28,930 nucleotides of DNA, taken from the NCBI GenBank assembly GCA_041697335.1, contig JBGUGD010000018.1:1-28930 (forward strand), written 5' to 3'. Positions 1-11,787 of the stretch are shown in pieces. This stretch comes from Vampirovibrionaceae bacterium NZW_1234. Lineage in GTDB: Bacteria > Cyanobacteriota > Vampirovibrionia > Vampirovibrionales > JAGQHJ01. Below the pieces are notes generated by a model. It made no database searches. It saw only the letters and a list, made by a program, of their open reading frames with translations, and had not been told where the DNA came from. The position numbers were made by a program, and so were the translations under genes. The number at the start of each line of letters is the position of its first letter. Within the stretch, counting starts at the first letter, position 1.

Positions 1-12
1 TAGAAACCTCTC

Positions 13-87
13 GCGGGAGTAATTCAGTGGTAGAATGCTTCCTTGCCAAGGAAGATGTCGCGAGTTCGAGCCTCGTCTCCCGCTCCA
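13..87 (+). tRNA. trnG: tRNA-Gly (anticodon GCC)
   Basis: Acceptor stem GCGGGAG/CTCCCGC with discriminator T and encoded CCA; D-loop CAGTGGTA; anticodon arm CTTCC-TT-GCC-AA-GGAAG; T-loop GTTCGAG. Confidence 0.98.
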
Positions 88-335
88 TTTTTATTTTGTC
101 TGGTGTTTCCGAAACGTTTCCAAATGCGGTACCCGGTGGGAGTGGTTACCTTGTTCCAACCCTGTGAGGTGCTGTTCTTTTCCACTCGAACACGCCCGTG
201 GGATAAGCTATCCCCATACCGACCCGAAACCCCGATTGGGATCACGCTCTGGAATTCCGATTTGATTTTTCGTCGTATTATTGATATGACATTGCCAAGT
301 ATTAGCGTTTTGTTGTCATTAGAGTACTCGATTTG

Positions 336-1724
336 ATGAAAGTTGACGTTGAAAAAGCAGATCAGCATACTGCACAGATTTTATTAGAAATTGATTCCGA
401 ACATGCCAGTATGGAATACAACAAGGCCTGCAAGCGCCTTGGCCAGCGGTTGAATATCCCTGGCTTCCGTCGTGGCAAGGCCCCTCGCCAAGTGGTGGAA
501 AAAGCCATCGGAGTCGATCGCATTAAGCAGGAAGTTTTGGATCGGGTTCTGCCCCACGCCTTTGCCGATGCCATCAGTGAGCATCAATTGGACGTTGTAG
601 CCCCGCCGCAAATCGAGAACTTTACCTTTGAAATGGGCCAGCCCCTGACGGTTAAGGCCTTGGTTGAGCTGCGTCCCGAAGTTTCACTGGCCGATTTGTC
701 CAGTTTGAAAGTGGATGTGCCGGCATACGAAGCGCCCGCCGATTCCTTCGAGAACGAAATCCGTCAGATCCGTGAACGGATGACCACCCTGGAAACCATT
801 ATCGATCGTCCCGCCGAAGCCGGTGACATTGTGAACATCGACTTCACCGGCGCCATCAATGGCGAATTGATCCGGGGCGGTGCGGCCAAGAACTACCAGT
901 TGGACCTGGCCAACAACAACTTCATCGAAGGGTTTGCCGCCCAGATTCCGGGGCATAAAATCGGGGAAGAGTTCACCATTAACGTGAGCTTCCCCAGCGA
1001 TTACCACGACCAGTCCCTGGCGGGTAAACCGGCGGACTTCATTGTGAAAATCAATGAAATCAAGAAGAAAGTGGTTCCCGAGCTGGATGACGAATTGGCC
1101 CGCAAATGCGGTCCTTACGAAAACGTGCAGCAACTTCAGGACGAAGTGCGCAGGTTTATCGAAAAAACCGTGGAAAACGAGAATGTCTTCCGCAAGCAAA
1201 AAGCGGTTATCGACAAAGTGGTTGACGACTCTAAAATGGACGTCCCCGATGCGATGATTAACCGTGAAGCTCGCATTCTTCTGGAAGAGATTCAAACCGG
1301 CTTTAAAAACCAAGGCATGAACTGGGAGCAGTTTGTGGACTCCCAAGGTCACGAGAAAATCTGGCAGAACCTGCGTCAGGAGGCCTTGCGTCGGATTCAG
1401 ACCAGTCTGGTATTTGGTGCCATTGCCAAGCAGGAAGCCATTACGGTGACCGAAGACGAATTCCAGCAGGAAGTGGCCGCCTTGGCCAAAGATCGCAATC
1501 TCGACGAAAAGCAAGCCATGAAGCAACTGGCCAACTCGCCGGAAGCAGCTCAGGCTCTTGCTGACGAGATCCTAAGCCGTAAGATTGTTGAGTTTCTGAC
1601 TTCCCGGGCAGAATTTAACTTTGTGAAAGATGCCCCCCAGGGTGAAGGCAAAGCGCTCCACGAGGCCGTGGCCGTTGCCAGTTCCTTGGAGAAAGAAGAA
1701 TACGAAGTTCTGGCAGAAGACTAG
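336..1724 (+). CDS. tig: Trigger factor (ribosome-associated chaperone/PPIase)
   Basis: Ribosome-binding signature [14 protein letters not shown]-like middle domain ([10 protein letters not shown]...FIEGF...FPSDYH...LAGK), and position directly upstream of clpP-clpX. ATG at 336 chosen over TTG at 333. Confidence 0.97.
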   Translation: MKVDVEKADQHTAQILLEIDSEHASMEYNKACKRLGQRLNIPGFRRGKAPRQVVEKAIGVDRIKQEVLDRVLPHAFADAISEHQLDVVAPPQIENFTFEMGQPLTVKALVELRPEVSLADLSSLKVDVPAYEAPADSFENEIRQIRERMTTLETIIDRPAEAGDIVNIDFTGAINGELIRGGAAKNYQLDLANNNFIEGFAAQIPGHKIGEEFTINVSFPSDYHDQSLAGKPADFIVKINEIKKKVVPELDDELARKCGPYENVQQLQDEVRRFIEKTVENENVFRKQKAVIDKVVDDSKMDVPDAMINREARILLEEIQTGFKNQGMNWEQFVDSQGHEKIWQNLRQEALRRIQTSLVFGAIAKQEAITVTEDEFQQEVAALAKDRNLDEKQAMKQLANSPEAAQALADEILSRKIVEFLTSRAEFNFVKDAPQGEGKALHEAVAVASSLEKEEYEVLAED

Positions 1725-1783
1725 TAGGCAGTAGTAATCAATCATTTCATTGTTTTCCAGCGATAGAAGAGGGTTTTTACACC

Positions 1784-2464
1784 ATGAGCGATATTATCAG
1801 CACCAGCAAGCACAATCCCATTGTGAACATGTCTGCGTCCAATGGCAGTGGCATCATTAATCCGGCCTCTTTTGTGCCTATCGTTATCGAGCAATCCAGC
1901 CGTGGGGAGCGGTCTTTTGACATCTTCTCCCGTTTGCTGAGAGAGCGGATTGTCTTTTTGGGCACCCCGGTAGATGACATGGTGGCCAACACCATCGTGG
2001 CTCAGTTGCTGTTGTTGGATTCCGAAAACCCGGAAAAAGACATTATGCTCTACATCAACAGCCCGGGTGGTAGTGTCACGGCTGGTTTCGCTATTTACGA
2101 CACCATGCAGCACATCCGTGCCGATGTGGCCACCATCTGTTTGGGTCAAGCCGCCAGTATGGGTGCTTTCCTGCTGGCTGCCGGTGCGCCTGGGAAACGG
2201 ATGGCCCTGCCTCTGTCTCGAGTCCTGATTCACCAACCCCTGGGCGGTGCTCAAGGTCAAGCGACCGACATCGAGATTCAGGCCGCGGAAATCAACCGTA
2301 TGAAGAAAATTATCAATGAATTGCTGGCGCATCACACCGGCCAGTCCATTAAAAAGATTGAGAAAGACACGGATCGCGACTACATTATGTCCGCTGAGGA
2401 AGCAGTGGCCTATGGTATGGTCGATAAAGTGATTACCCGTGTTGAAGAGGCCAAAGAAGACTAG
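1784..2464 (+). CDS. clpP: ATP-dependent Clp protease proteolytic subunit
   Basis: [28 protein letters not shown], catalytic Ser (AASMG), His (IHQP) and Asp (DRD). N-terminal extension of about 30 aa, so the start could be a downstream ATG. Confidence 0.98.
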   Translation: MSDIISTSKHNPIVNMSASNGSGIINPASFVPIVIEQSSRGERSFDIFSRLLRERIVFLGTPVDDMVANTIVAQLLLLDSENPEKDIMLYINSPGGSVTAGFAIYDTMQHIRADVATICLGQAASMGAFLLAAGAPGKRMALPLSRVLIHQPLGGAQGQATDIEIQAAEINRMKKIINELLAHHTGQSIKKIEKDTDRDYIMSAEEAVAYGMVDKVITRVEEAKED

Positions 2465-2585
2465 TATCATAAAGTAAGTAACAATTTTGCATCAGCTCGC
2501 TGCGATCGCTAAAGATCTGCATCGAATTGATCGAGGTAAATCGAAGGGTCTTCTCTTCATAGGCCTTCAAGCGGAGGAATACACC

Positions 2586-3893
<1,308 letters not shown>

Positions 3894-3920
3894 TCTCTTT
3901 GTCAATCAAATCATTATAAG

Positions 3921-3952
3921 AACCCCTCAGACCTGTGTTTGAGGGGTTTCTT
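3921..3952 (+). terminator. Intrinsic terminator after clpX (possibly bidirectional)
   Basis: 12-bp stem AACCCCTCAGAC / GTTTGAGGGGTT (one G-U pair), loop CTGT, followed by TCTT; starts 27 nt after the clpX stop. Confidence 0.8.
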
Positions 3953-3994
3953 GCATCAATGCAATAATACCGGCCACGTCACCATTTTCTTTTC

Positions 3995-4027
3995 CGCGAG
4001 GAACGGAAAATTTTTCCGTTCCTCGCG
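3995..4027. repeat. Perfect 16-bp inverted repeat with 1-nt spacer
   Basis: CGCGAGGAACGGAAAA-T-TTTTCCGTTCCTCGCG, read directly from the sequence. Confidence 0.9.
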
Positions 4028-4196
4028 CTTTGAAACACCGAATCCGGGCCCGAATGGGCCAGGGCTTTATCAAATTTCTTTCCCAGTGTGCTTTTTACCT
4101 GGAATCGGGCTGTCCTCAACATCAATATGCGCAAGAGGTTCCGGCGATGCAGAGTCAACGGAACCGTCCTCATTTGCGTGGGCTCATTCCCATATG

Positions 4197-4625
4197 TTAC
4201 TTTGTGTCACACAAGTCTTGGCGGACCTTGTCCATATCACTGCCGGGTTCAATGGGGACGGCTTTGAGCTGAAGGCGCTGAACGGTGCGGGCCGCACAGT
4301 CCAGATACGCAGGACCGTGGTCCATAAAGACGGGTCGGCCAGTGATGAGGCTCATTTCTTCCTGTAAGGTCCGTCCATACACCATGCGCTCGGTGTAAGT
4401 CACCATGTCTCCCTTACGAATGGCAGAATGGCGATCATAGTAAAACTTATCCCCGATGGGGCTGGTCATGGCATAATGCCAATCCTCTGCGGTCGGTGTA
4501 TCAGTACTCTCCAGCACAGGCAGAGCCCGTGTGTATTGGCTGAGGACGGGAAAACACATGAACAGGCTGAGGATCAGCGGCGTAATCCATGATTTCAATG
4601 TACGTTGTTTAAACGGAGGGCGCAC
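4197..4625 (-). CDS. Exported protein, surface-adhesin protein E-like
   Basis: N-terminal hydrophobic signal. The pattern W...FYYDRHSAIRKGD.V....R....YLDCAART....PIEPGS.....LC with a Cys pair resembles Adhesin_E-like proteins. GTG start. Confidence 0.6.
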   Translation of the reverse strand: MRPPFKQRTLKSWITPLILSLFMCFPVLSQYTRALPVLESTDTPTAEDWHYAMTSPIGDKFYYDRHSAIRKGDMVTYTERMVYGRTLQEEMSLITGRPVFMDHGPAYLDCAARTVQRLQLKAVPIEPGSDMDKVRQDLCDTK

Positions 4626-4900
4626 GTATTCTGTTAACCTCTCAATTCACGCCTTGATAGCTAGGGTATCGACGCCTCTGGGAATTCTTGAGTCCAAATG
4701 CGTGCAGTTTACAAAGATTGTAACCTCATGAAATATTACAAAATATTTCTTAAGGAGCTTGGTTGGCAATAAAAAAGCAATATGTGATTTTGGCGCGTTT
4801 TTATTGGTGTAAGTCTCCAAGGACCATCAATGTCCTAGGGTGAAAGACTCAGAAGCGAGGAGTCACAAGAGAAGAGGAAAAGAGGCTTGAACGACACCGC

Positions 4901-6811
4901 ATGTCGACGTTAGGTAACATTTTAAACCTATCTCTACGCCAAAACGTAGACTCACCGTTTCTGGACTCCCTTACGGGAGTGGGTCCGCCTTCGGATTGGC
5001 TGCTGTCTGTTGCCTCTCTGGATTGGCGCAATCCTTCGAATGCTGATTTTTCACAAGATGCCTTTGATTTTCGAGGTTCTTCTTTGGATCCCAGCTGGTC
5101 ACCGCCGATGGGGCCCAACCCGCGATTTGAGCAAAATCGAGGTGTGTCAATGGCTTCCCCGGGATGGAACGCATTCAGAGCCAATGGTTCCAGTGGAAGC
5201 TTCCTGTCGAATCTGCTGGCTCCTTTGGATAACCTGCCCAATCCCAATGGGCGGGTGATGTCTCCCAATATGGATTTTCGTCCGGGTGCGGATCCGGCCC
5301 CATCTGTCTTGAACGGGGCGCTGGGATTTACAGTCCCAGTAGGAACACCCACAAGGTTGGTTTTGGGTTCGGGAATACAACCCGATCGGTCCATGATGGG
5401 TCTTGCATGGCAATCTCCCACCCTACAGAGTATCGGGAGTCCCCTACAGTCGTTATGGAGCCCTCGTGGGGCCGGATTGATGAATGGCCCTGCACAGGGG
5501 GGGATGCCCCTGGCGAGAACCACCGGAAGCCTGAGCCCTTTTACTGACGTCGGTGTGCCTCAGCCGTCACACGCCCGACGAGAGCCCTCCCCATGGTCAT
5601 GGCGCTTTGAACCGGATGCATCCGCTATCATTCTGGCTTTGGCCTTCAAGGCGAAGAAGAAACAAGAGTCTGCCTCTCTGAGCGAGAGTGGGGCAACCGA
5701 CCTGAAACTTCCCTCCAACAGTACGGGCCGGTCCGGTGAGGGACCCTCGGCAAAGGAAACCGTCTCCTCAGTGAGCACCACCTCTCAGACCCTGACCACT
5801 GCGGAAAGTACCCCGGATCTTTCCACGAAAAGCCAGGCCACCCCAGAGACCAAGACGACAACGAAAATGGTTCAGCTGACCGCGACCACACAGGACCCAA
5901 AAGAAGATGAGAAGACTGAGAAAGCGAAGGCCGATTCGGTTCAAAAGCCGGTAGAATTGCCACCGATGGCAGTCGGCTTGCGGACGGCACCGGAGACCAA
6001 GGAGACCACTTCGTCGAAAGAGGCCACCCCAAGTGTCACCCCTGTCAATCAAAAGCCGATGGAGGTCACTCCTCCCATGGCTGTCGGTTTGATTGCTTTG
6101 CCCACAACCCCCACGGTTCAAGACCCGTCTGCCACAGAGGACGTGCACCACACCTCCTCCCAAGACCGGCAACGGATCCAAGGAACCGTTTACCGATCCG
6201 TGGAGCAGGGCGGGTGGTTAGTCCGGGATGCTCGAACCCGACAGGAATTTCTTCTGGTATTTGATGAGGCCATGCCCCGTCCCTCCTGGCTAAATGATGG
6301 GGTCGAGGTCGAGGTTCTCGGTCAGCCCCGCCCGAATATGCCCACAGTGTATATGCTGGGCACACCCCTGGTGGTGGACGACATCCAGCTGATCCGCACT
6401 CCCACCCAACCCCGAGGCGACTACGATACCGATGCTGTTCTGAGTGTTATTTCCCGAGCGTCGGGGCGCACGGCAGCCAACCCCTCGGTGACCCGAGAAC
6501 AGCTACAACGCTTCTTGCGAAATGCGATGCGAGGATCTCCCGATGCGCAGATCGCTGCCATGCTCCTGGAGAACTTTGACACCCTGATGTCTCCCTATCG
6601 CTATGGCTACCTGGCGGAGCAGGGGGTGGTTCAAGTGAACGTGAACGGGCAACAGTCTGAGTCCTCTTACCAGGAACGGTATTACTATGGTGAAACCTAT
6701 TATAACGGGGCTTTGGATGCCCGGACGATTCAGAGAGTCGCATCCTTGGATGGCAACGGTAAAACCTTCAGTGCGAATGATTTGGGGCGTCTTCGAAAAA
6801 TGCAAGCTTGA
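4901..6811 (+). CDS. Hypothetical, largely disordered protein with a DUF5818/OB-fold-like domain and an EF-hand-like C-terminus
   Basis: 636-aa ORF: P/G/S/M-rich N-terminus, T/S/P/E/K linker with duplicated QKP.E..PPMAVGL, a GTVYRSVEQGGWLV...GVEVEVLG..RPNMPT.YM.GTPL.V domain, and terminal DGNGKTFSANDL. Confidence 0.7.
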   Translation: MSTLGNILNLSLRQNVDSPFLDSLTGVGPPSDWLLSVASLDWRNPSNADFSQDAFDFRGSSLDPSWSPPMGPNPRFEQNRGVSMASPGWNAFRANGSSGSFLSNLLAPLDNLPNPNGRVMSPNMDFRPGADPAPSVLNGALGFTVPVGTPTRLVLGSGIQPDRSMMGLAWQSPTLQSIGSPLQSLWSPRGAGLMNGPAQGGMPLARTTGSLSPFTDVGVPQPSHARREPSPWSWRFEPDASAIILALAFKAKKKQESASLSESGATDLKLPSNSTGRSGEGPSAKETVSSVSTTSQTLTTAESTPDLSTKSQATPETKTTTKMVQLTATTQDPKEDEKTEKAKADSVQKPVELPPMAVGLRTAPETKETTSSKEATPSVTPVNQKPMEVTPPMAVGLIALPTTPTVQDPSATEDVHHTSSQDRQRIQGTVYRSVEQGGWLVRDARTRQEFLLVFDEAMPRPSWLNDGVEVEVLGQPRPNMPTVYMLGTPLVVDDIQLIRTPTQPRGDYDTDAVLSVISRASGRTAANPSVTREQLQRFLRNAMRGSPDAQIAAMLLENFDTLMSPYRYGYLAEQGVVQVNVNGQQSESSYQERYYYGETYYNGALDARTIQRVASLDGNGKTFSANDLGRLRKMQA

Positions 6812-7120
6812 GGACTGAGATGTTCAAAATTGCCTCAAATGTCCACTCAACAAACAGCCTGATTCTTCAAAACCAGCTATAGCAATAAGAATTGCCTTTT
6901 TCCTGAGGCAATTTCGATGCGAAACCGACGCGCACCCATCGATGGTTTGTTTAAGCGTGTCGCAGGTTTGTCGAAAAAACGACGCCCAGCAAGGGGTTTA
7001 GGATTTCTTAATGCACAAAAAAACAAATTTGCGTTTTCCAACATGTACGACAAGGTTCGCATCGCTTCTTTTCGTGACGTGGGTAATTGGACAGATATGG
7101 ACACATAGGAGGGCGAAAGG

Positions 7121-8074
7121 ATGATGAACTTCGGTTCCGTCAAGTATTCCGGCCAGTGGGTTAACAGCAATTACCAAAGTGTTTCCAAAAACGTTCAGGT
7201 CCCCGAAAACTTTTACAATGCGTTTCGCATTAGTACCGGCATGGGCTCCCCCGATATGGAATCGGCCCGAGCCAGTTCCGGGGCCAACTTTATCGAGAAT
7301 TTCAGCCTCAAATTCGGCCGGGGGCAACCTGCCGGCAAAAGCAATTTCCAGGGCCAGTCGCTGGGCCGCTCCGACTTTCGCGGGGCGAACCTGGAACGGG
7401 CGAACTTTAATGGCGCCAATCTTCAGGAGGCAAATTTTGCTGGGGCTCGCTTAAGGGACGCGAAGTTCCTGAAGGCCGATTTGCAAAAGGCCAATTTTAG
7501 CCAGGCCGATATGCGAGACTCCAAGCTCCGGGATGCCAATCTCACCGATGCCAAGCTCCGAGGGGCCGATTTGACCGGGTCGGATATGACCAACGCCAAC
7601 CTCACCCGGGCAGACCTAAGAGGGGCGGATCTGACCCGAGCCAAGTTCTTGAATGCCAACCTGACCGAGGCCAACCTCACCGGGGCCAACCTGCAGGACG
7701 CCAAGTTCAATCATGCCAATCTGTCCAAGGCCAAGCTCATCGAGGCCGATGCCCAAAACGCCGATTTCAGCCATGCCAATCTTCAGCAGGCCAACCTGAT
7801 GGGAGCCCGACTGGACAAGGCCAACCTCACTCAAGCCAAGTTGGACGGGGCCAACCTGAAAGACGCCAAATTCGTGGGGGCCAATCTGTCCCGAGCCAGT
7901 TTAAAAGAGGCCAATGTGATGGGGGCGGACTTTAAGGACGCCAGCTTTGCCGGAGCCGATCTGAGCACCATTCGTAATCTCAACCGGGCCAACCTCGCCG
8001 GGGCCTCCTATGATAAAGAGACTCGCTTTCCCCCCAACTTCGATCCCGAGAAGTTCGGTATGAAGCTCAAGTAA
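7121..8074 (+). CDS. Pentapeptide repeat protein
   Basis: Roughly 44 tandem A(D/N/K)(L/F)xx units after a ~75-aa unique N-terminus. C-terminal cap ASYDKETRFPPNFDPEKFGM. AGGAGG RBS upstream. Confidence 0.95.
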   Translation: MMNFGSVKYSGQWVNSNYQSVSKNVQVPENFYNAFRISTGMGSPDMESARASSGANFIENFSLKFGRGQPAGKSNFQGQSLGRSDFRGANLERANFNGANLQEANFAGARLRDAKFLKADLQKANFSQADMRDSKLRDANLTDAKLRGADLTGSDMTNANLTRADLRGADLTRAKFLNANLTEANLTGANLQDAKFNHANLSKAKLIEADAQNADFSHANLQQANLMGARLDKANLTQAKLDGANLKDAKFVGANLSRASLKEANVMGADFKDASFAGADLSTIRNLNRANLAGASYDKETRFPPNFDPEKFGMKLK

Positions 8075-8126
8075 CCCTCTGAGAACCTCAGCCGGGGCCG
8101 AAGCCCATGGCGTGGTCCCATATTTT

Positions 8127-8135
8127 TGGTATACT
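8127..8135 (+). promoter_or_regulatory. Putative extended -10 promoter element (TGnTATACT) upstream of the aminotransferase gene
   Basis: TGGTATACT lies 76 nt upstream of ATG 8212. Confidence 0.45.
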
Positions 8136-8211
8136 ACCATTCCCACAGGCCGTGCCTGAGAGATTCCCTCGAATAGAAATCGCTAACAAAACCAGGAAGT
8201 GAGATGCCATT

Positions 8212-9399
8212 ATGACGACCCCGCGAGCCAAAACGTCTAAAAAAGCCAGTCAGTTTACCGAGTCCGTCATTCGGGAGATGTCCCGTCTGGCGGCACAGCA
8301 CCAGGCCGTGAACCTGGCCCAGGGGTTTCCGGACTTCTCATGTCCTCAGGAGCTCAAAGACGCTGCCTGCAAGGCCATCAATGACGACATCAACCAGTAC
8401 GCCGTGACCTGGGGCGCCCGGGATTTTCGCCAAGCCATTGCTGAAAAATCAGGCCGCTACTTGGGGATGACCATCAACCCCGAGACCGACATTACCGTCA
8501 CCTGTGGGGCCACGGAAGCCATGGCAGCCGCAATGTTGGCCACCGTCGATCCGGGGGATGAAGTTATCGTATTCGAGCCGTATTACGAAAACTATGGCCC
8601 GGATGCCGTTCTGGCCGGTGCCACGCCGCGTTACGTGACGCTGCATCCTCCCACCTGGAGCTTTGACGAAAAGGAGCTGGAGGCGGCCTTCAACGAGCGC
8701 ACCAAGGGGATCATTATCAATACCCCCCATAATCCCACCGGTAAAGTCTTCTCCCGAGAAGAGCTCGAGTTTATTGCCCGGCTCTGTCAAAAATGGGGTG
8801 TTCTGGCCTTTACCGACGAGATTTACGAGCACATTCTTTACGATGATGCCAAGCACATTGCCTTGGGCTCCCTGCCCGGGATGGAAGATCTGACAATCAC
8901 CATTAATGGCTTATCCAAGACCTACAGTGTCACGGGCTGGCGCATTGGGACCATTATTGCCAATGCCGAGCTGACCTCGGCCATTCGCAAGGTTCACGAT
9001 TTCTTGACCGTCGGGGCGCCTGCGCCCCTGCAACGGGCTGGTGTGGTTGCCATGCAGCTCCCCCAAAGCTATTACGATGACTTGGCGGCCATGTATGCCC
9101 AAAAGCGCCGGACCATGCTTTCGATTTTGGACGAAGCCGGCATTCCGTATTTTGCCCCGCAAGGCGCGTATTACGTCCTCACCGATATTCGTGGCTTCGG
9201 CTTCAAATCCGACATTGATTTCACCCATTTCCTGGTGAAAGACATTGGGGTTGCTGTGGTTCCGGGCTCCAGTTTCTTTAGCCGTCCGGAGCTGGGTCAC
9301 CCTTATGTGCGCTTCTGCTTCAGTAAGAAGCCCGAGACCCTTGAGGCTGCCAAAGCTCGCCTGGTGAAATTGCAACAGGTTCTCAAGGCATCCGTCTAA
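8212..9399 (+). CDS. PLP-dependent aminotransferase class I/II (YbdL/DapC/kynurenine aminotransferase-like)
   Basis: NLAQGFPD, GATEA, NTPHNPTGKVF, DEIY, PLP-lysine motif SKTYSVTGWRIG, and VRFCF. Confidence 0.93.
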   Translation: MTTPRAKTSKKASQFTESVIREMSRLAAQHQAVNLAQGFPDFSCPQELKDAACKAINDDINQYAVTWGARDFRQAIAEKSGRYLGMTINPETDITVTCGATEAMAAAMLATVDPGDEVIVFEPYYENYGPDAVLAGATPRYVTLHPPTWSFDEKELEAAFNERTKGIIINTPHNPTGKVFSREELEFIARLCQKWGVLAFTDEIYEHILYDDAKHIALGSLPGMEDLTITINGLSKTYSVTGWRIGTIIANAELTSAIRKVHDFLTVGAPAPLQRAGVVAMQLPQSYYDDLAAMYAQKRRTMLSILDEAGIPYFAPQGAYYVLTDIRGFGFKSDIDFTHFLVKDIGVAVVPGSSFFSRPELGHPYVRFCFSKKPETLEAAKARLVKLQQVLKASV

Positions 9400-9447
9400 G
9401 GTTACACGAATTCTCCTACCAGCAGAGGCAAGCGAGGGCTCCTGGAT

Positions 9448-11649
9448 ATGAAACACGCCCAACTGCAATTGAAAGGCATGACCTGTGCCGGGTGTGCCCG
9501 AACTGTTGAAAAGGCCTTGCAATCGGTCCCAGGCGTAGAACAGGCTGCGGTAAACTTCGCTGATGCCAGTGCCACTGTTACCTTCTACGAAGAAACAGCT
9601 TCCGTCAGGGCGTTGGTGGATGCTGTTGAAGCCGCTGGATATGAGGCCTCGGATAAGGCTGAGACACGTCAGCCGTTAAGTGTCACGGAAGCCCAGCATT
9701 ATCAGTCTCTGAGGCGCCGTTTTTGGCTGAGTCTCCTGTTCTCCTTGCCGGTGGCTGTTATGAGTATGGCCATGACCCAGTGGCCCTGGCAAAACGGGGT
9801 GATGCTCATCTTGACAACGATTGTGGTCTTTGGCTTTGGCTTGCCTTTCTTTCAGGACGCCTGGAAGGCCCTCACGCACCGACAAGCCAATATGAGTACG
9901 CTGGTGTCCTTAAGTACCGCCACGGCCTATGCCTACAGCGTGGTTGCCACGGTCTGGCCCCAGGGATTCGAGCGATTGGGCATTCATCCTCACGTGTATT
10001 ATGAAGTGGCGGCCATGTTGATGACCTTCATGCTGTTGGGCCGCATGCTCGAAGCTCGGGCCAAGGGAAAAACCTCGGCGGCCATTGAGCATCTAATGGC
10101 TTTACAGCCCAAAACCGCAACGGTTGTCAAAGATGGGCGTGACGAAACAGTGTCCATCGACACCCTAAGCGTGGGCGATCGCATCCGCATTCGCCCTGGC
10201 GAAAAAATTCCCGTGGATGGCGTTGTCGAATCCGGTGAAACGGCTGTCGATGAATCCATGATGACCGGTGAGCCCCTGCCTGTGGATAAAGCTCCGGGTG
10301 CAAAGGTTATTGGGGGGACGTTTAATGTCTCCGGGAGCGTCGTTTATCGGGCAACCCATGTGGGTAAGGACACGATGCTGCAAAGCATTATTGCTCGGGT
10401 CCGGGAGGCTCAGGGCTCCAAGGCCCCGATTCAGCGTCTGGCAGATACCCTGAGCGGCTATTTTGTCCTGGGGATCCTCGTGATTGCGGCCCTGACCTTT
10501 GTTGCCTGGATGATCTTCGGCCCTAAGCCTGCATTGGGGTATGCGGTGATGAGTTTTGTGACCGTGCTGATTATTGCCTGTCCCTGTGCTTTGGGCCTGG
10601 CCACCCCGACCGCACTGATGGTCGGGGTGGGACGTGCGGCTGAGAAGGGGGTTTTAATCCGCAATGCGGAGGTCCTGGAGCGCACGCAAAAGCTGGATAC
10701 CATTGTCCTGGACAAAACAGGAACACTGACGATGGGCAAGCCCCGCCTCGCCCAGATCATCCCGCTGGTTGAACAGAATGGCCATGAAGCCACCTGGTTA
10801 CAGTGGGCTGCGTCGATTGAACAAGGCTCCGAGCATGCTTTGGGGCAGGCTTTGGTACAAGCCGCCCAGGAACGTGCGCTGCCACTGGTGTCGGTAAACC
10901 AGTTTCAGGCCTACTTTGGAAAAGGCGTTGTCGGCGAGGTGGCAGAGCATCAAATCCTATTAGGGACTGCCCATTTTTTGGAGTCTCAGGGCATCTCCCT
11001 GGGGGAAGGTGTCACACAGTTACAGCATGCTGCGGCTGCCGGTCATACGCTGGTGCTGATGGCGGTTGATCAGAAACCCACTGTTGGCTTTGCCATTGCC
11101 GACACCCTGAAGCCGGATGCCCAAGAGGCCGTATCTCGATTGAAAGCCATGGGGTTTGATGTCTGGATGCTGACCGGAGACCAGGAAGCCACCGCAAGAA
11201 CCATTGCCGCCTCTGTCGGGATTGAGCATGTGATGGCCGGGGTTTTACCGGATCAAAAGGCTCACCATATTCAAGCATTGCAGGCCAAAGGCCGGGTTGT
11301 GGCCATGGTGGGCGATGGTATCAACGATGCCCCTGCCCTGGCTCAGGCAGATATTGGGATGGCTTTTGGAGCCGGGACCGATGTGGCGGTTGAGTCCTCC
11401 GACATTACCTTGATCCGGGATCAGGTTCTTGATGTGGTTGAAGCCGTTCGCTTGTCCCGCCGTTGCTTGGGCGTTATCAAGCAGAATCTGTTTTTTGCCT
11501 TTATCTATAATGTTCTAGGCATTCCGCTTGCCGCCGGGGCCTTGTATCCGGTCTTTGGCTTACTGCTGGATCCCATGATTGCCGGGGCTGCCATGGCCTT
11601 GAGTTCGGTATCCGTGGTGAGTAACAGCCTTCGACTCCAAAAAGCCTAA
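9448..11649 (+). CDS. copA: Cu(I)-translocating P1B-type ATPase
   Basis: HMA motif [20 protein letters not shown], phosphorylation site [13 protein letters not shown], and the P1B-1 signatures YN and MALSS. Confidence 0.95.
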   Translation: MKHAQLQLKGMTCAGCARTVEKALQSVPGVEQAAVNFADASATVTFYEETASVRALVDAVEAAGYEASDKAETRQPLSVTEAQHYQSLRRRFWLSLLFSLPVAVMSMAMTQWPWQNGVMLILTTIVVFGFGLPFFQDAWKALTHRQANMSTLVSLSTATAYAYSVVATVWPQGFERLGIHPHVYYEVAAMLMTFMLLGRMLEARAKGKTSAAIEHLMALQPKTATVVKDGRDETVSIDTLSVGDRIRIRPGEKIPVDGVVESGETAVDESMMTGEPLPVDKAPGAKVIGGTFNVSGSVVYRATHVGKDTMLQSIIARVREAQGSKAPIQRLADTLSGYFVLGILVIAALTFVAWMIFGPKPALGYAVMSFVTVLIIACPCALGLATPTALMVGVGRAAEKGVLIRNAEVLERTQKLDTIVLDKTGTLTMGKPRLAQIIPLVEQNGHEATWLQWAASIEQGSEHALGQALVQAAQERALPLVSVNQFQAYFGKGVVGEVAEHQILLGTAHFLESQGISLGEGVTQLQHAAAAGHTLVLMAVDQKPTVGFAIADTLKPDAQEAVSRLKAMGFDVWMLTGDQEATARTIAASVGIEHVMAGVLPDQKAHHIQALQAKGRVVAMVGDGINDAPALAQADIGMAFGAGTDVAVESSDITLIRDQVLDVVEAVRLSRRCLGVIKQNLFFAFIYNVLGIPLAAGALYPVFGLLLDPMIAGAAMALSSVSVVSNSLRLQKA

Positions 11650-11787
11650 GCTAAGGCTGAGCCTGCGCCATCACAACGATGAAAAACTCCCTGATTGTGG
11701 GACTGTTTCCAAACGCGATCACGACCATAATATCCATATTGAGAAGTCACACCATGAGAAGCGTAAGACGAGAGGAATGAGGTCATT

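Noticed and set aside
302..330. CIRCE-like element upstream of tig
   Set aside because: TTAGCGTTT...GAGTACTCG has several mismatches and an 11-nt rather than 9-nt spacer.
13..335. tRNA-Gly as an integration site; small GGGATA-AGC-TATCCC palindrome at 200-214
   Set aside because: No integrase or duplicated tRNA 3' end in the window, and core tig follows directly. The 6-bp-arm palindrome is too short to support a call.
2502..2509. HIP1 palindrome GCGATCGC (also at 10175-10182)
   Set aside because: Only two copies noticed in 29 kb, which is not the strong iteration typical of HIP1-rich cyanobacteria.
2487..2585. 33-aa N-terminal extension of ClpX from TTG 2487
   Set aside because: A strong GGAGG precedes ATG 2586, which matches the normal ClpX N-terminus.
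6917..7108. 63-aa basic ORF before the pentapeptide gene
   Set aside because: No RBS or recognisable motif, and it overlaps the likely promoter/leader.
7343..8010. 15-bp periodic DNA repeats (GCCAACCT-like) suggesting a repeat array or CRISPR
   Set aside because: Fully explained by pentapeptide-repeat coding; no constant repeat with unique spacers.
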